Notes: a model not told the origin generated them from the sequence alone. A stretch of DNA of 51,257 nt from Patescibacteria group bacterium (GCA_038323715.1 JBBQHF010000006.1:1-51257), one strand, 5' to 3'; numbered from the stretch's first letter, positions 20,188 to 30,343 are shown. A program made the numbers and translations.

Positions 20188-20262
20188 TGCGCCTATAGCT
20201 CAGGTGGTTAGAGCACCGCTCTTATAAAGCGGGGGTCGATGGTTCAAGTCCATCTAGGCGCA
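20188..20262 (+). tRNA. tRNA-Ile-like, anticodon most likely UAU, with an apparent 8-nt anticodon loop
   Basis: Body closely resembles bacterial tRNA-Ile (GCTCAGGTGGTTAGAGC...GGTTCAAGTCC). The anticodon stem CCGCT/AGCGG encloses CCTTATAA, which is 8 nt rather than 7. Confidence 0.75.
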
Positions 20263-20266
20263 CCGA

Positions 20267-20340
20267 GGGCTCGTAGCTCAGTTGGTTAGAGCGCTACGTT
20301 GACATCGTAGAGGTCTGCAGTTCGAGTCTGCACGAGCCCA
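20267..20340 (+). tRNA. tRNA-Val (anticodon GAC)
   Basis: Acceptor GGGCTCG/CGAGCCC, anticodon stem CTACG/CGTAG, loop TT-GAC-AT, T arm TGCAG-TTCGAGT-CTGCA. It lies 4 nt after the preceding tRNA. Confidence 0.9.
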
Positions 20341-20346
20341 CCCCTA

Positions 20347-20376
20347 AAAACCGTCTGACTGAAGACGGTTTTTATT
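20347..20376 (+). terminator. intrinsic terminator after the tRNA pair
   Basis: AAAACCGTCT-GACTGA-AGACGGTTTT hairpin with a T-run. Confidence 0.7.
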
Positions 20377-20449
20377 TTACGCTTTTAAATTGCCTAGCAT
20401 TTACATTTCATTAAAAAATTGTTAAATTTAAGGTAGAATAAATAAAAAT

Positions 20450-20866
20450 ATGTTTTTCAAAAATAATCAAAAAGAACAACCAGTGGTTCAGGAAGATGAA
20501 CCATCTATCAGTGAGTGGTTAGAAACAGAGGAAAAGGAAATTGAGGGCCAATTAGCAGTTGATGTATTTTATGATGGACCAAAAATAATTATCAAATCTA
20601 CTATTGCGGGAGCCCAACCAGAAAATATAAAAATTTCTCTACATAACGATTTATTAATTATTAAAGGGAGGCGAGATGCCGCGGAAAATATTGCCGAAGA
20701 AAATTATCTTTTTCGGGAATGTCATTGGGGGCCATTTTCTCGCTCAATTATTTTACCCGCAGAAGTTGACAGTAAACACGTTGAAGCAGAAATAGAGAAT
20801 GGGGTACTTACGATTACTCTTATTAAATCTGAAAGCGAAAAGATAGAAATAAAAGTGAAAGATTAA
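20450..20866 (+). CDS. Hsp20/alpha-crystallin family small heat-shock protein
   Basis: Alpha-crystallin domain pattern (AVDVFYDG...ISLHNDLLIIKGRR...FSRSIILPAEVD...ENGVLTITL). Confidence 0.9.
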   Translation: MFFKNNQKEQPVVQEDEPSISEWLETEEKEIEGQLAVDVFYDGPKIIIKSTIAGAQPENIKISLHNDLLIIKGRRDAAENIAEENYLFRECHWGPFSRSIILPAEVDSKHVEAEIENGVLTITLIKSESEKIEIKVKD

Positions 20867-20875
20867 TTTTTTATT

Positions 20876-22747
20876 ATGCCTAAAAATAAAAAGGCTATTT
20901 TAATTGTTTCGGCGTCGGCAACTTTTATATTGTTGGCCGTTTTTTTAATTAGTTATTTATATTTTATTAATAATTATGAAGACAAATTACTTCCTAAAAC
21001 AAAAATAGGAAGTTTAGATTTGAGTAATCAGACTCATTCGGAAACAACCGCGATAATAAATAATGAAGTCAAAAAAATAATAGACGAAGGAATAAACTTT
21101 GAATACAATGGAAAAATTATAAACTTTCCCTTAAAGGCGGAGCTTCTAAGTGCTGATATCCCTGATATAAATTTAAAATATGCCGATGCAATTACTTATA
21201 ACAATCAGCAAACAGAAGCAGCGTTATTCAACAAAAAAGGTAATGAATTTTTTAAATATTTATTTGATATTATTGCCTTTAAACATACTTATAATAATCG
21301 GGTAGCCTATTTTTCTTACTCTCCCGAAATCATCCAGGAATGGTTAGTTAACAATTTTTCTGAACTAGAAATTCCACCGGAATCAGCTTATTTTTCTCTA
21401 GAAAATAATAATAGTACAAAAAAAATTATAAATAACCAAGAAAAAATTGGCAAAGAAATTGACACCGATGTTATACTGGCTGAATTAGAAAATAATTTAA
21501 GTCACTTAAATAATCACAACATAATTATAAAAACAAAATCAAAATATCCAGAAATTAAGCAGTCCGATTTAGAACCTTTAAGAACAAAGGTAGAAAGTAT
21601 TATAGATTTCGGGGATTTGACGGTTTATTTTAATAATCCAAAGACTAAAAATCGCACTGTTTGGAAAATATTAAATAAAAATTTAATAACTTGGATTAGT
21701 GCTGAAAAAAATAATGGAAAAATAGAATTATCTTTCAATGAGAATAAAATACATGATTATCTAGAAAAAAATATTGCCATTGATGTTGATAAGGAAGTTG
21801 TTCTTCCAAGATTTGAAATGAAAAATGGAAAAGTTTCCAGTTGGCAGGCGGGGGTTAATGGCCAAGCGCTTGATTTAGAAAAAAGTGCCAATTATATTAA
21901 GAACCAGCTATTAGAAACAAAGAATGAAATTGAATTAACAATTAATGAAATTAGCGCTGATGATTTTAATGCAGACGAAACCTTTAAGATTAAGGAACTA
22001 CTTGGAACTGGACATTCTAATTTTTCTGGCTCGCCTTCAAATAGAATTCATAATATAAATACTGGGGCTAATTCGGCTAACGGCATCCTAATTAAACCAG
22101 ATGAGGAATTTTCCTTAGTCAAAACATTAGGAGCAATTGATGCTTCTTCCGGATATTTAACCGAACTAGTAATCAAGGGAAATAAAACTATTCCTGAATA
22201 TGGTGGCGGTTTATGCCAAATTGCCACGACTTTATTTAGAGCAGCTTTATCGTCAGGACTACCCATTACCGCCAGAAGAAATCATTCTTATCGGGTAAGT
22301 TATTATGAACCAGCAGGAACAGACGCGGCCGTTTATGATCCTTGGCCAGATATTAAATTTTTAAATGATACCAAAAATTATATTCTTATCCAGTCTAAAA
22401 TAGAAGGAAATGATATTTATTTTGAATTTTGGGGGACAAGTGACGGTCGCATTGCTACCACAACCACACCCACGATATATAATATTGTAAAACCCGCCTC
22501 AACCAAATTAATTGAAAGTGATAATTTAAAACCTGGAGAAAAAAAATGTACAGAGAGAGCCCATAATGGAGCTGACGCCTATTTTGATTATACCGTTATC
22601 TATCCAGAGGGTTCAACTACTACACCAAGACAAGAGGTGCGATTTAATTCTCATTATGTTCCCTGGCAAGAAGTATGTTTAGTTGGTAAAGCGGCGCCAC
22701 AACCACAAACTCCACCAATCACTGCCACCTCAACTACAGCCAATTAA
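20876..22747 (+). CDS. VanW-domain protein (YoaR-like), membrane-anchored
   Basis: N-terminal TM segment. The C-terminal VanW core is GGGLCQIATTLFRAALSSGLPITARRNHSYRVSYY. Confidence 0.85.
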   Translation: MPKNKKAILIVSASATFILLAVFLISYLYFINNYEDKLLPKTKIGSLDLSNQTHSETTAIINNEVKKIIDEGINFEYNGKIINFPLKAELLSADIPDINLKYADAITYNNQQTEAALFNKKGNEFFKYLFDIIAFKHTYNNRVAYFSYSPEIIQEWLVNNFSELEIPPESAYFSLENNNSTKKIINNQEKIGKEIDTDVILAELENNLSHLNNHNIIIKTKSKYPEIKQSDLEPLRTKVESIIDFGDLTVYFNNPKTKNRTVWKILNKNLITWISAEKNNGKIELSFNENKIHDYLEKNIAIDVDKEVVLPRFEMKNGKVSSWQAGVNGQALDLEKSANYIKNQLLETKNEIELTINEISADDFNADETFKIKELLGTGHSNFSGSPSNRIHNINTGANSANGILIKPDEEFSLVKTLGAIDASSGYLTELVIKGNKTIPEYGGGLCQIATTLFRAALSSGLPITARRNHSYRVSYYEPAGTDAAVYDPWPDIKFLNDTKNYILIQSKIEGNDIYFEFWGTSDGRIATTTTPTIYNIVKPASTKLIESDNLKPGEKKCTERAHNGADAYFDYTVIYPEGSTTTPRQEVRFNSHYVPWQEVCLVGKAAPQPQTPPITATSTTAN

Positions 22748-22753
22748 AAATAA

Positions 22754-22787
22754 TAAAAAAACAACCCATAAGAAGGTTGTTTTTTTA
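22754..22787. terminator. bidirectional terminator between the VanW gene and yidC
   Basis: ACAACC-(8 nt)-GGTTGT hairpin flanked by an A-run and a T-run. Confidence 0.65.
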
Positions 22788-22806
22788 TTATTCTTTGATG
22801 AAGTTA

Positions 22807-23553
22807 TTATTTAACAATTTGGCCTTCAATCGGAGCCCCAGCAACCGGAGTGTGGTTTTTAAAGGTTAGATATTGTTGTAGAGCGGTTAAGGCGGTGATA
22901 ATAAACCAATATAAAGTCAAACCTCCAGGCAGAGATATTCCAATAAAAACAGTGACAGCTGGCATAATAAACAACATTTGTTTATTCATGATTGCCATCA
23001 TATTTTCATCTTTAGCTCCCGGACTAACCACCGCTGGCTTTTTAGTAATCATCATTTTAGCTTGTAAAAACTGAGCAGCTCCAGCTAAAACCGCTAAATA
23101 AATATTTGGTTTTGCTAAATCAATAAAACCTAAGGAAATAGTATTAATAATTTCTGGTTTGTGGATGAAGGAATAAACTAAATCTAAATTATTAGAAAGC
23201 CCGTCACGAAACACCTTATAAACAGCCCACAGAAAAGGCAGCTGAATTAACAGTGGTAAACAGGAAGAAAAAGGATTAACCTTATTTTCTTTATAAAGAT
23301 CCATGGTTGCTTTACTTAAGCCAGCCTTATCATCTTTATATTGTGCTTTCAAAGCATCTATTTTTGGTTGAAGGTCTTGTAAAGATTTTTGGGATTTAAT
23401 TGCCGTACGGCCTAAAGGCCAAAAAACCAATTTAATAACAACGGTTAACAATATAATTGCCACCCCAAAATCGTTAAATGGAATTATATTATATAAAAAA
23501 ACTAAAAGATTTAAAATTGGTTGATAAAAAATAGCTGTAAAAATGTTGGCCAT
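22807..23553 (-). CDS. yidC: membrane protein insertase YidC (short form)
   Basis: 60-kDa-IMP core pattern (KMQ.LQPK...YKE.KVNP...GCLPLLIQLPF-like), in the conserved position beside yidD-rnpA-rpmH. Confidence 0.92.
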   Translation of the reverse strand: MANIFTAIFYQPILNLLVFLYNIIPFNDFGVAIILLTVVIKLVFWPLGRTAIKSQKSLQDLQPKIDALKAQYKDDKAGLSKATMDLYKENKVNPFSSCLPLLIQLPFLWAVYKVFRDGLSNNLDLVYSFIHKPEIINTISLGFIDLAKPNIYLAVLAGAAQFLQAKMMITKKPAVVSPGAKDENMMAIMNKQMLFIMPAVTVFIGISLPGGLTLYWFIITALTALQQYLTFKNHTPVAGAPIEGQIVK

Positions 23554-23581
23554 AGATTTTTAGATTACAAGAATTTAATTA

Positions 23582-23836
23582 TTATTTAACTGGGTCATAC
23601 CCCCCCTTATTCCAGGGATTGCACCTAATAACGCGGTGGCTAGCCATAAAACCCCCCTTTATGACACCGTATTTCATTATAGCCTCTTTACTATACTGTG
23701 AGCAACTTGGAGTAAAACGACAAAAACCATAAGGATAAAATATCTTCAGCAACCCATGGTCAAAAGAGATTGTTTTTTGATAAATATTAATCAGTCCTAC
23801 TGCTAAATATTTACTAAAATTAGATAAAATTTTCAT
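23582..23836 (-). CDS. yidD: membrane protein insertion efficiency factor YidD
   Basis: Signature [15 protein letters not shown]...G...RCNPW, in the conserved context. Confidence 0.92.
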   Translation of the reverse strand: MKILSNFSKYLAVGLINIYQKTISFDHGLLKIFYPYGFCRFTPSCSQYSKEAIMKYGVIKGGFMASHRVIRCNPWNKGGYDPVK

Positions 23837-23844
23837 ATTTTAGT

Positions 23845-24189
23845 CTATTTTTTATAGGCTTTTATTTTTTTGAAGCCACTTTTTAGAGCTTCTTCTATTT
23901 CTTCTCTTTTCTTGTTTAATATAAGAGGAAGAACTATAAAAATAAAGTCTTTATCATCCTTTAAGTCAACCAAGCTATCTTTGATTATTTCTCGGAGTTG
24001 ACGTCTAATTCTGTTTCTTTCTACCGCTTTTTTGCTAACCTTAGTATTAATTAAGATGCCGAAACGACTATTTTCGCCATGGTTATCTACCATTTTAATA
24101 CCAATGATTTTACTATAAAAAGATTGGCCGGTCTTAAAAGCCCGGTCAAATTCTTTGTTTAATCTTATTCTGTTTTTTTGTTTTAGCAT
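23845..24189 (-). CDS. rnpA: ribonuclease P protein component
   Basis: 114 aa, basic, RNR-like motif (RNRIRRQLRE), directly downstream of rpmH. Confidence 0.9.
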   Translation of the reverse strand: MLKQKNRIRLNKEFDRAFKTGQSFYSKIIGIKMVDNHGENSRFGILINTKVSKKAVERNRIRRQLREIIKDSLVDLKDDKDFIFIVLPLILNKKREEIEEALKSGFKKIKAYKK

Positions 24190-24207
24190 GAATATGCTTG
24201 AAACGCT

Positions 24208-24345
24208 TTATTTAGAAAGGGTTGTTCTTCCTTTATCCCGGCGCCTTTTTAAAACATCTCGTCCGCCTTTCGTTTCCATTCTGCTAATAAATCCGTGCTT
24301 TTTACTGGCGCGCTTCTTATTTGGTTGGTAGGTTCTCTTTGGCAT
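24208..24345 (-). CDS. rpmH: 50S ribosomal protein L34 (45 aa; below the ORF-track size cutoff)
   Basis: My translation of the minus strand is [45 protein letters not shown], a clear L34 pattern (KRTYQP...HGF..RM.T..GR.VL.RRR.KGR..L). Confidence 0.93.
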   Translation of the reverse strand: MPKRTYQPNKKRASKKHGFISRMETKGGRDVLKRRRDKGRTTLSK

Positions 24346-24560
24346 AGTATTAATTTATCTTTTATTGTTTTAACAACATAACACTTTTATTTGTAAGAGT
24401 CAATTAGTGTTTTATCTCGTAAAAAGACTTTATACACTTTTTATTAACATATCCTTAACATGTGTCGTCCTTGTGATAAAGCAGTTTATCTAATATAATT
24501 AAATAAATAAAACATTATTATAAAGTTCCCTTGATACTAGGGTGCTAATTCCAAATCATT

Positions 24561-25967
24561 ATGAATAATGAACAAGTCTGGCAGGCCGTTTTAGGGGAAA
24601 TTGAAATAAGTCTTTCTAGAGCTAATTTTGTTACCTGGTTTAAGGATACTTTTATATCTTCTTTTGAAAATGGAATGATGATAGTTTGTGTTCCTAATGC
24701 TTTTGTGAAGAAGTGGTTGGAAGAAAAATATCATAAAAATATTTTAAGCGCTTTAAAAAATGTCACCAAACAAGACGTAACTGAAGTTATTTATAAAATA
24801 GAACTTAAAAAACACAACGCCTCTTTCCAAATTAACTCAAATGAAGATGTTAATAAAAATAATTCAGAGTCTATCATCCCTTTGGTTTCAGAAAAGCCAA
24901 CCTATCAAAACAATAATCAAACTTCATCAAATATTAATCGTTTCGGTTTAAACCCAAAATATCTTTTTGAAAATTTTGTTGTCGGTAAAGCAAATGAATT
25001 AGCACACGCTGCTTGTTTAGCGGTCACCAACAATCTAGGCAAAGCTTATAACCCATTATTTATCTATGGTGGTGTTGGGCTAGGGAAGACCCATCTTCTT
25101 CAGGCTATTGGAAATGAAGTAGCCAAAAGAACTGATAAAATTTTATATACCACTAGTGAAAAATTTACCAATAATTATATCCAAGCGGTCACCGGGGGAA
25201 AAGCTAAAGAATTTAAAAATTTATACCGCAATGTTGATTTACTTTTAATTGATGATATTCAGTTTATGGGTGGTAAAGATGGCACTCAAGAAGAATTTTT
25301 TCATACATTTAATGAACTACAACAAAACGACAAACAAATTATCATGACCTCTGATCGTCCCCCAAAGTCTATTCCGGCGATTGAAAAAAGGCTTATCTCT
25401 AGATTTGAATCTGGAATGGTGGCTGATGTTGGCAAGCCTGACATGGAAACAAAAGTAGTAATATTAGAAAAAAAAGCACTAGAAAAGGGTTTTACTTTAG
25501 ACAAGGAAATTTTAATGTATGTGGCTGAACATGTTCAAAATAATATTAGAGAGCTAGAGGGTGCCTTGAATAAAATAATTGCTTTTCACCAATTAAAAGG
25601 GATTGACCCCACAATAAAAAGTGTTAAGGAGGTGTTAGGTGATTTTATATCCAACATTCAATCAAGATCAATGTCCCCTAAAGATATTATAGAAGCTGTA
25701 TGTAAATTCTATGGCGTTACTATTAAAGATGTCATTGGTAATAGCCGAAAAAAAGAGGTTGTTTGGCCTAGACAAATTGCTATATATATAATAAGAGAGG
25801 AATTAAATACCTCTTACCCAACTATTGGTAATGAGCTTGGAGGAAGAGACCATACCACCGCGATGCACGCTTACAATAAAATTTTTCATGAAGTTAAAGA
25901 TAAGGGAAATGAAAAAATAAAACAAGAAATAGAATCCGTCAAACAACTTTTCCACCAAAATTATTAA
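24561..25967 (+). CDS. dnaA: chromosomal replication initiator DnaA
   Basis: AAA+ Walker A GGVGLGKTHLL, box VII, and the C-terminal DNA-binding helix (GGRDHTTAMHAYNKI). Confidence 0.97.
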   Translation: MNNEQVWQAVLGEIEISLSRANFVTWFKDTFISSFENGMMIVCVPNAFVKKWLEEKYHKNILSALKNVTKQDVTEVIYKIELKKHNASFQINSNEDVNKNNSESIIPLVSEKPTYQNNNQTSSNINRFGLNPKYLFENFVVGKANELAHAACLAVTNNLGKAYNPLFIYGGVGLGKTHLLQAIGNEVAKRTDKILYTTSEKFTNNYIQAVTGGKAKEFKNLYRNVDLLLIDDIQFMGGKDGTQEEFFHTFNELQQNDKQIIMTSDRPPKSIPAIEKRLISRFESGMVADVGKPDMETKVVILEKKALEKGFTLDKEILMYVAEHVQNNIRELEGALNKIIAFHQLKGIDPTIKSVKEVLGDFISNIQSRSMSPKDIIEAVCKFYGVTIKDVIGNSRKKEVVWPRQIAIYIIREELNTSYPTIGNELGGRDHTTAMHAYNKIFHEVKDKGNEKIKQEIESVKQLFHQNY

Positions 25968-26019
25968 TTTCTGTGCATTAGTCTGTTAACAATTAAACCT
26001 TACCCTCTTAATTACTTTT

Positions 26020-26232
26020 GATAAGTTGTGAATAAAAACACCACCTCACGACTTACCCACAAACAACGAAAAATAACACACCCCCACTACATAGACTTAT
26101 TAACAGTAAAAGCACAAAAATTACCAATCAAATCGCCAATATTTCAAATTATAGCAAGTTATCCACTCCCTTATTATTACTATTAATAATATATTATATA
26201 TATTAATAATATAATAAGAGACATATAAAAAT
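26020..26232. other. candidate oriC: DnaA-box-like sites plus an AT-rich unwinding tract in the dnaA-dnaN spacer
   Basis: Three 8/9 matches to TTATCCACA: TGTGAATAA (26027-26035, reverse), TTACCCACA (26053-26061) and TTATCCACT (26159-26167). A nearly pure A/T run follows at about 26170-26232. Confidence 0.6.
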
Positions 26233-27360
26233 ATGAAATTTATTTGTTTACAGGAAAATTTAAAAAGAGGATTAAGTATAGTGGGACACGCTACAACTAA
26301 AAATGTTAATCTCCCAATTCTAAATAACATACTAATAAAAGTTGAATCTGGTAATATAGAGTTTATTAGTACAAATCTTGAAATTGGGATTAAACACCAA
26401 TTAAGAGGTAAGGTAGAATCAGATGGAGAGTTTACAGTTGACGCTAAACTTATTTCAGAATATGTAAATCTCTTAAGTGGTGGCGAGAAAGTAAAAATTG
26501 AAGAGAAAGATAATGAATTAAGAGTTGAGTCTGGAAGTTATAAAACAAAAATCAAAGGCGAATCAGCTAAAGATTTTCCACTAATACCAACAATATCAGA
26601 AGAAAATCAGTATGTTTTCAAGATTGATGATTTAAAAAAAGCTTTAAATAGTGTAGTTTTTGCAGTTTCTAATAGTGAAAATAGAGTTGAATTAACGGGT
26701 GTTTTATTTAATTTTAGTGATAATACTTTAAGCCTAGCGGCGACAGATAGTTATCGGTTAGCCGAAAAAGAAATAAAAATAAAAAACAATCCCAACAACC
26801 AAGAACAAAAAGTGATTGTCCCTGCAAAAACAATTCAGGAATTATTAAGAATCCTTAATAATATAGATTTTGATGATGAAGCTGAAAATACTGATCAAAT
26901 AAAAATTAATATTTCTGATAATCAGATTTTATTTACATTTGATTCGGTTAGTCTAATATCCCGGGTTATTAACGGTCGTTACCCAGACTATAAACAAATA
27001 ATTCCTAATAAGAGTCAGACGGATGTTGTTGTTGGTAGACAGGAGTTAACTAGAGCTGTTAAAGCGGCTTCACTTTTTTCTAAATCTGGTATTAATGACA
27101 CCACTTTATTATTTTCTAAAAATAAAATTATAGTTTCCGCTTTTTCTGGGGCGAGCGGGGAGAGTCAGGCGGAAATAGGGGCAGAGGTAAGTGGCATTGA
27201 TAATGAAATTACGATTAATTATCGATATTTATTGGATGGACTTAATAATATTGGTAGTGATCAGGTAGTTTTGAAGTTGATAAACAATACAACTCCTTGT
27301 GTTTTAAAGTCACAAGAAGATGATGGTTATTTATATATCGTAATGCCTATTAGACAATAA
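26233..27360 (+). CDS. dnaN: DNA polymerase III beta sliding clamp
   Basis: 375 aa, three-domain clamp pattern (LAATDSYRLA, GRYPDY), immediately after dnaA. Confidence 0.95.
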   Translation: MKFICLQENLKRGLSIVGHATTKNVNLPILNNILIKVESGNIEFISTNLEIGIKHQLRGKVESDGEFTVDAKLISEYVNLLSGGEKVKIEEKDNELRVESGSYKTKIKGESAKDFPLIPTISEENQYVFKIDDLKKALNSVVFAVSNSENRVELTGVLFNFSDNTLSLAATDSYRLAEKEIKIKNNPNNQEQKVIVPAKTIQELLRILNNIDFDDEAENTDQIKINISDNQILFTFDSVSLISRVINGRYPDYKQIIPNKSQTDVVVGRQELTRAVKAASLFSKSGINDTTLLFSKNKIIVSAFSGASGESQAEIGAEVSGIDNEITINYRYLLDGLNNIGSDQVVLKLINNTTPCVLKSQEDDGYLYIVMPIRQ

Positions 27361-27380
27361 ATAATAATTTGATAAATAAA

Positions 27381-27411
27381 AAATAAGCCTTTTAAATGGG
27401 CTTATTTTTTT
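27381..27411. terminator. bidirectional terminator between dnaN and the PBP gene
   Basis: ATAAGCC-(9 nt)-GGCTTAT hairpin flanked by an A-run and a T-run. Confidence 0.65.
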
Positions 27412-27422
27412 ATTTCTACTAT

Positions 27423-30281
27423 TTATTTAGAAAAATTTACTTTTATATTTTCACTATTTTTTGTATTACCACTCCAGGTTTTAATTTCGCCATATAAAGT
27501 ATATTCCCCGGGGCTTATAGGCTCTTTCCAATAAACCTCAATATTACTACCAGTTATTGTATTAATATTGGCAATATTTTCTATCTTCTGTGTTTGTTCA
27601 TCTTTAACAAAAACGGTTAAGCGTGAAACATCCTGATAACCAGTCACATTAAAATTAACTCTCATGGGGAAATCAATCGAATTAATTGTGGTGCCATTTA
27701 AAGGTGAGGTGATTGTTATTGAATAATTATTTTTTGTTACCTGATTATTTGTTAATTTCAAATTAAAATTAACACTACTTTCTGTACAATTATCAACATC
27801 ATCGCAAGCCCTAACAGTTAAAGAATGATAACCATTTTGTAGGTCTGGTAATAATTCTTTTAGGTAACCACTGCTATCATATTTTGTTTTCCAAAGGCTA
27901 CCATTAATATAATAATCAAATCTAGCAACGCCTCTTGGGGCGGAGGCGGAGGCATTAATAGTTATTTCTTTTGTAGTAATCTCATCGTTATTGGTTGGTT
28001 GATTAATTAAAATAACTGGTTTATTTTCATCTTTATGTAGCTCATTATAATCTTTTAACAACAAAGAAGAGCTCGCGTGTTTCTCGGACCACCTAATCAC
28101 TGAACTCTCCCAGTTAGAAAATTGAGAGTCTTGAGTTGGGTCCTTAGGATTAGGGCCGAGGGGATTATTTTTATCTACATAAAATAAAATTGAATGCGCC
28201 TCTGGTACAGAAATTTCCGAAACTAATTCTAATGGAGTGAAGGCGGTTGCTGGTTGGCCAGTTGTGGTATCAATTTTTACTAATTGTGAAGGTATTTGTC
28301 CGTCTAAAATTGCCTTACCAGCCTTGTAATCATCTGGCCCTTTAAAATTCTCAATTGGAGTGTCACCAAGTACTTGTGACATATAAGCATTCCAAATTGG
28401 AGCCGCCACAACACTGCCGTCAGCCGCCCCCTTCATTTTATCGTTATTGCTGTTACCAACCCAAACACCAGTTACTAAAGATGGCGTGTAGCCAATAGTC
28501 CAGGCATCATGATAATCATTTGTTGTTCCTGTCTTAGCGGCGACTGGTCTATTACCTAAAGTTAAATTATTTTTTGCACCAAAAATAAATGAGCGCGCTG
28601 AATTATCTGATAAAATACTGTTAATCATTCTAGCAATTTGTGAATCTAAAACCTTTTTTTCTTCAGGTTTATACTCTTCAATAATTTTGCCATTTTTATC
28701 TTCTATTTTTAAGATGCTAACCACGGGGCTCATTTGTCCATCTCTAGCAAAAGCACTAAAAGCGTTGACATGTTCTATCATTTTTACCTCAGCGCCACCA
28801 AGAACTAAAGCTAAACCAAACCTATCCCTTTGGGTTAATGAGGTGTAACCCATTTTCTCAGCCAAATCAATCACATTATTTATTCCGGCTAAGTACAAAG
28901 CTTTGACAGCGGGAATATTTAAAGAACCAGCTAGTGCTTTTCTAACACTAACCGGGCCCCTCTCTCCAAGATCATAATTTCTAGGTTCGTATGGATTTGA
29001 AGGATCATTAGAGAAATTAGTATTTACATCGTATAAAATAGTGTCAGGTGAAAACCCCTTAGTAAATAAAGCAGCATAAACTATTGGTTTTATTGATGAA
29101 CCTGGTTGTCTAAGCCTGGTGGTAATATTTACTTGACCGTCTATTGTGTCATCAAAATAATCTCTTGAACCAACCATTGCTAATATTTGACCGGTTTTAG
29201 GATCAATAGAAACTAAAGCAGCATTATTAGCATTATATTTTTCTTGATATTTTTCTGTTTTTTCCTTTATAACCTCTTCGGCTATATTTTGTTTGTACAA
29301 ATCTAAGGTGGTATATATTTTTAATCCTTCTTGTTCTACCATTTTTTCTCCATATTTGTCCGCTAAAATATCCTTAATATACATTACAAAATGGGGAGCA
29401 GTTATGTTTGTCTCTGGCGCCATAAATTTTATTTCTTCATTTTTGGCAGCAATTTCTTGTTCTTCAGAGATATGTCCCTGCTCTTTCATTAATGTTAAAA
29501 CATAATCCTTTCTACCTAACAGTAAATCCTTGTTCGGTCCATACGGTGAGTACCTGCTAGGAGCTTGTGTGAGGGCCGCTAAGAGAGCGGCTTCTGCTAG
29601 GCTGATATCTTTAGCATGTTTGTTAAAATATTTCTGGCTAGCGGCTTCTATGCCGTAAGCGTTAGAGCCGTAAGGAATCTCATTTAGATACATTTGTAAA
29701 ATTTCATCTTTGGAAAATTTTTGTTCAAGCCTATAAGCTAAAACAATTTCTTTTATTTTTCTGGTCAACTTTTTTTCTGGAGTTAAGACGGCATTTTTAA
29801 TAAATTGTTGAGTTAAGGTAGAGCCTCCAGCAGTTTGTCCATATAAAACATTAGTGATTGCCGTTCTGATCATTGCTAAAATACTAAATCCACCATGGTT
29901 ATAAAAATTTTTATCCTCAATGGCGATTGGCGCCCATTTTACATAATCAGGTAAATCACTTAAAGAAATTAAAGTTCTTTTTTGATCACCATGAATTTCA
30001 TATAGAATATTTTCTCCAGTCCTATCATATATTTTTGTGCTTTGAGCAACCTCACGTTCTATCAGTTGATTTGGGTTTGGTATGTCTCGAGAAATCCAGG
30101 CAACATAGATAACTACTAGAAAAAAAAGAATAACGCCTAAACCAAGAAGTTTAACTAACAGTCTTTTTTTCCAGGACTTATTATTTTTATTATTTTTACG
30201 GCGTCCTTGGCCAGAGTTACTAACTACTACTTGATTTTTCCAAGTATCACTCCGATGAGCATTGAGTTGTGGAATTGGCAT
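27423..30281 (-). CDS. class A penicillin-binding protein (glycosyltransferase + transpeptidase) with a ~220-aa C-terminal beta-rich extension
   Basis: GT51 motifs (IAIEDKNFYNHGG, GGSTLTQQ, RKIKE), transpeptidase motifs (SSIKP, SLN, KTGTT), and an N-terminal TM anchor. Confidence 0.93.
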   Translation of the reverse strand: MPIPQLNAHRSDTWKNQVVVSNSGQGRRKNNKNNKSWKKRLLVKLLGLGVILFFLVVIYVAWISRDIPNPNQLIEREVAQSTKIYDRTGENILYEIHGDQKRTLISLSDLPDYVKWAPIAIEDKNFYNHGGFSILAMIRTAITNVLYGQTAGGSTLTQQFIKNAVLTPEKKLTRKIKEIVLAYRLEQKFSKDEILQMYLNEIPYGSNAYGIEAASQKYFNKHAKDISLAEAALLAALTQAPSRYSPYGPNKDLLLGRKDYVLTLMKEQGHISEEQEIAAKNEEIKFMAPETNITAPHFVMYIKDILADKYGEKMVEQEGLKIYTTLDLYKQNIAEEVIKEKTEKYQEKYNANNAALVSIDPKTGQILAMVGSRDYFDDTIDGQVNITTRLRQPGSSIKPIVYAALFTKGFSPDTILYDVNTNFSNDPSNPYEPRNYDLGERGPVSVRKALAGSLNIPAVKALYLAGINNVIDLAEKMGYTSLTQRDRFGLALVLGGAEVKMIEHVNAFSAFARDGQMSPVVSILKIEDKNGKIIEEYKPEEKKVLDSQIARMINSILSDNSARSFIFGAKNNLTLGNRPVAAKTGTTNDYHDAWTIGYTPSLVTGVWVGNSNNDKMKGAADGSVVAAPIWNAYMSQVLGDTPIENFKGPDDYKAGKAILDGQIPSQLVKIDTTTGQPATAFTPLELVSEISVPEAHSILFYVDKNNPLGPNPKDPTQDSQFSNWESSVIRWSEKHASSSLLLKDYNELHKDENKPVILINQPTNNDEITTKEITINASASAPRGVARFDYYINGSLWKTKYDSSGYLKELLPDLQNGYHSLTVRACDDVDNCTESSVNFNLKLTNNQVTKNNYSITITSPLNGTTINSIDFPMRVNFNVTGYQDVSRLTVFVKDEQTQKIENIANINTITGSNIEVYWKEPISPGEYTLYGEIKTWSGNTKNSENIKVNFSK

Positions 30282-30343
30282 ATATCTTTATTTTTTATTA
30301 TTATAGTATTATTATCCTTTTTATAGTATGATTTTGTCAAATT

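Noticed and set aside
24346-24560. The rpmH-dnaA spacer as the main oriC
   Set aside because: It has only 6-7/9 DnaA-box matches (for example TTATACACT) and no long pure-A/T tract. The dnaA-dnaN spacer has better boxes and a DUE-like run. A bipartite origin remains possible.
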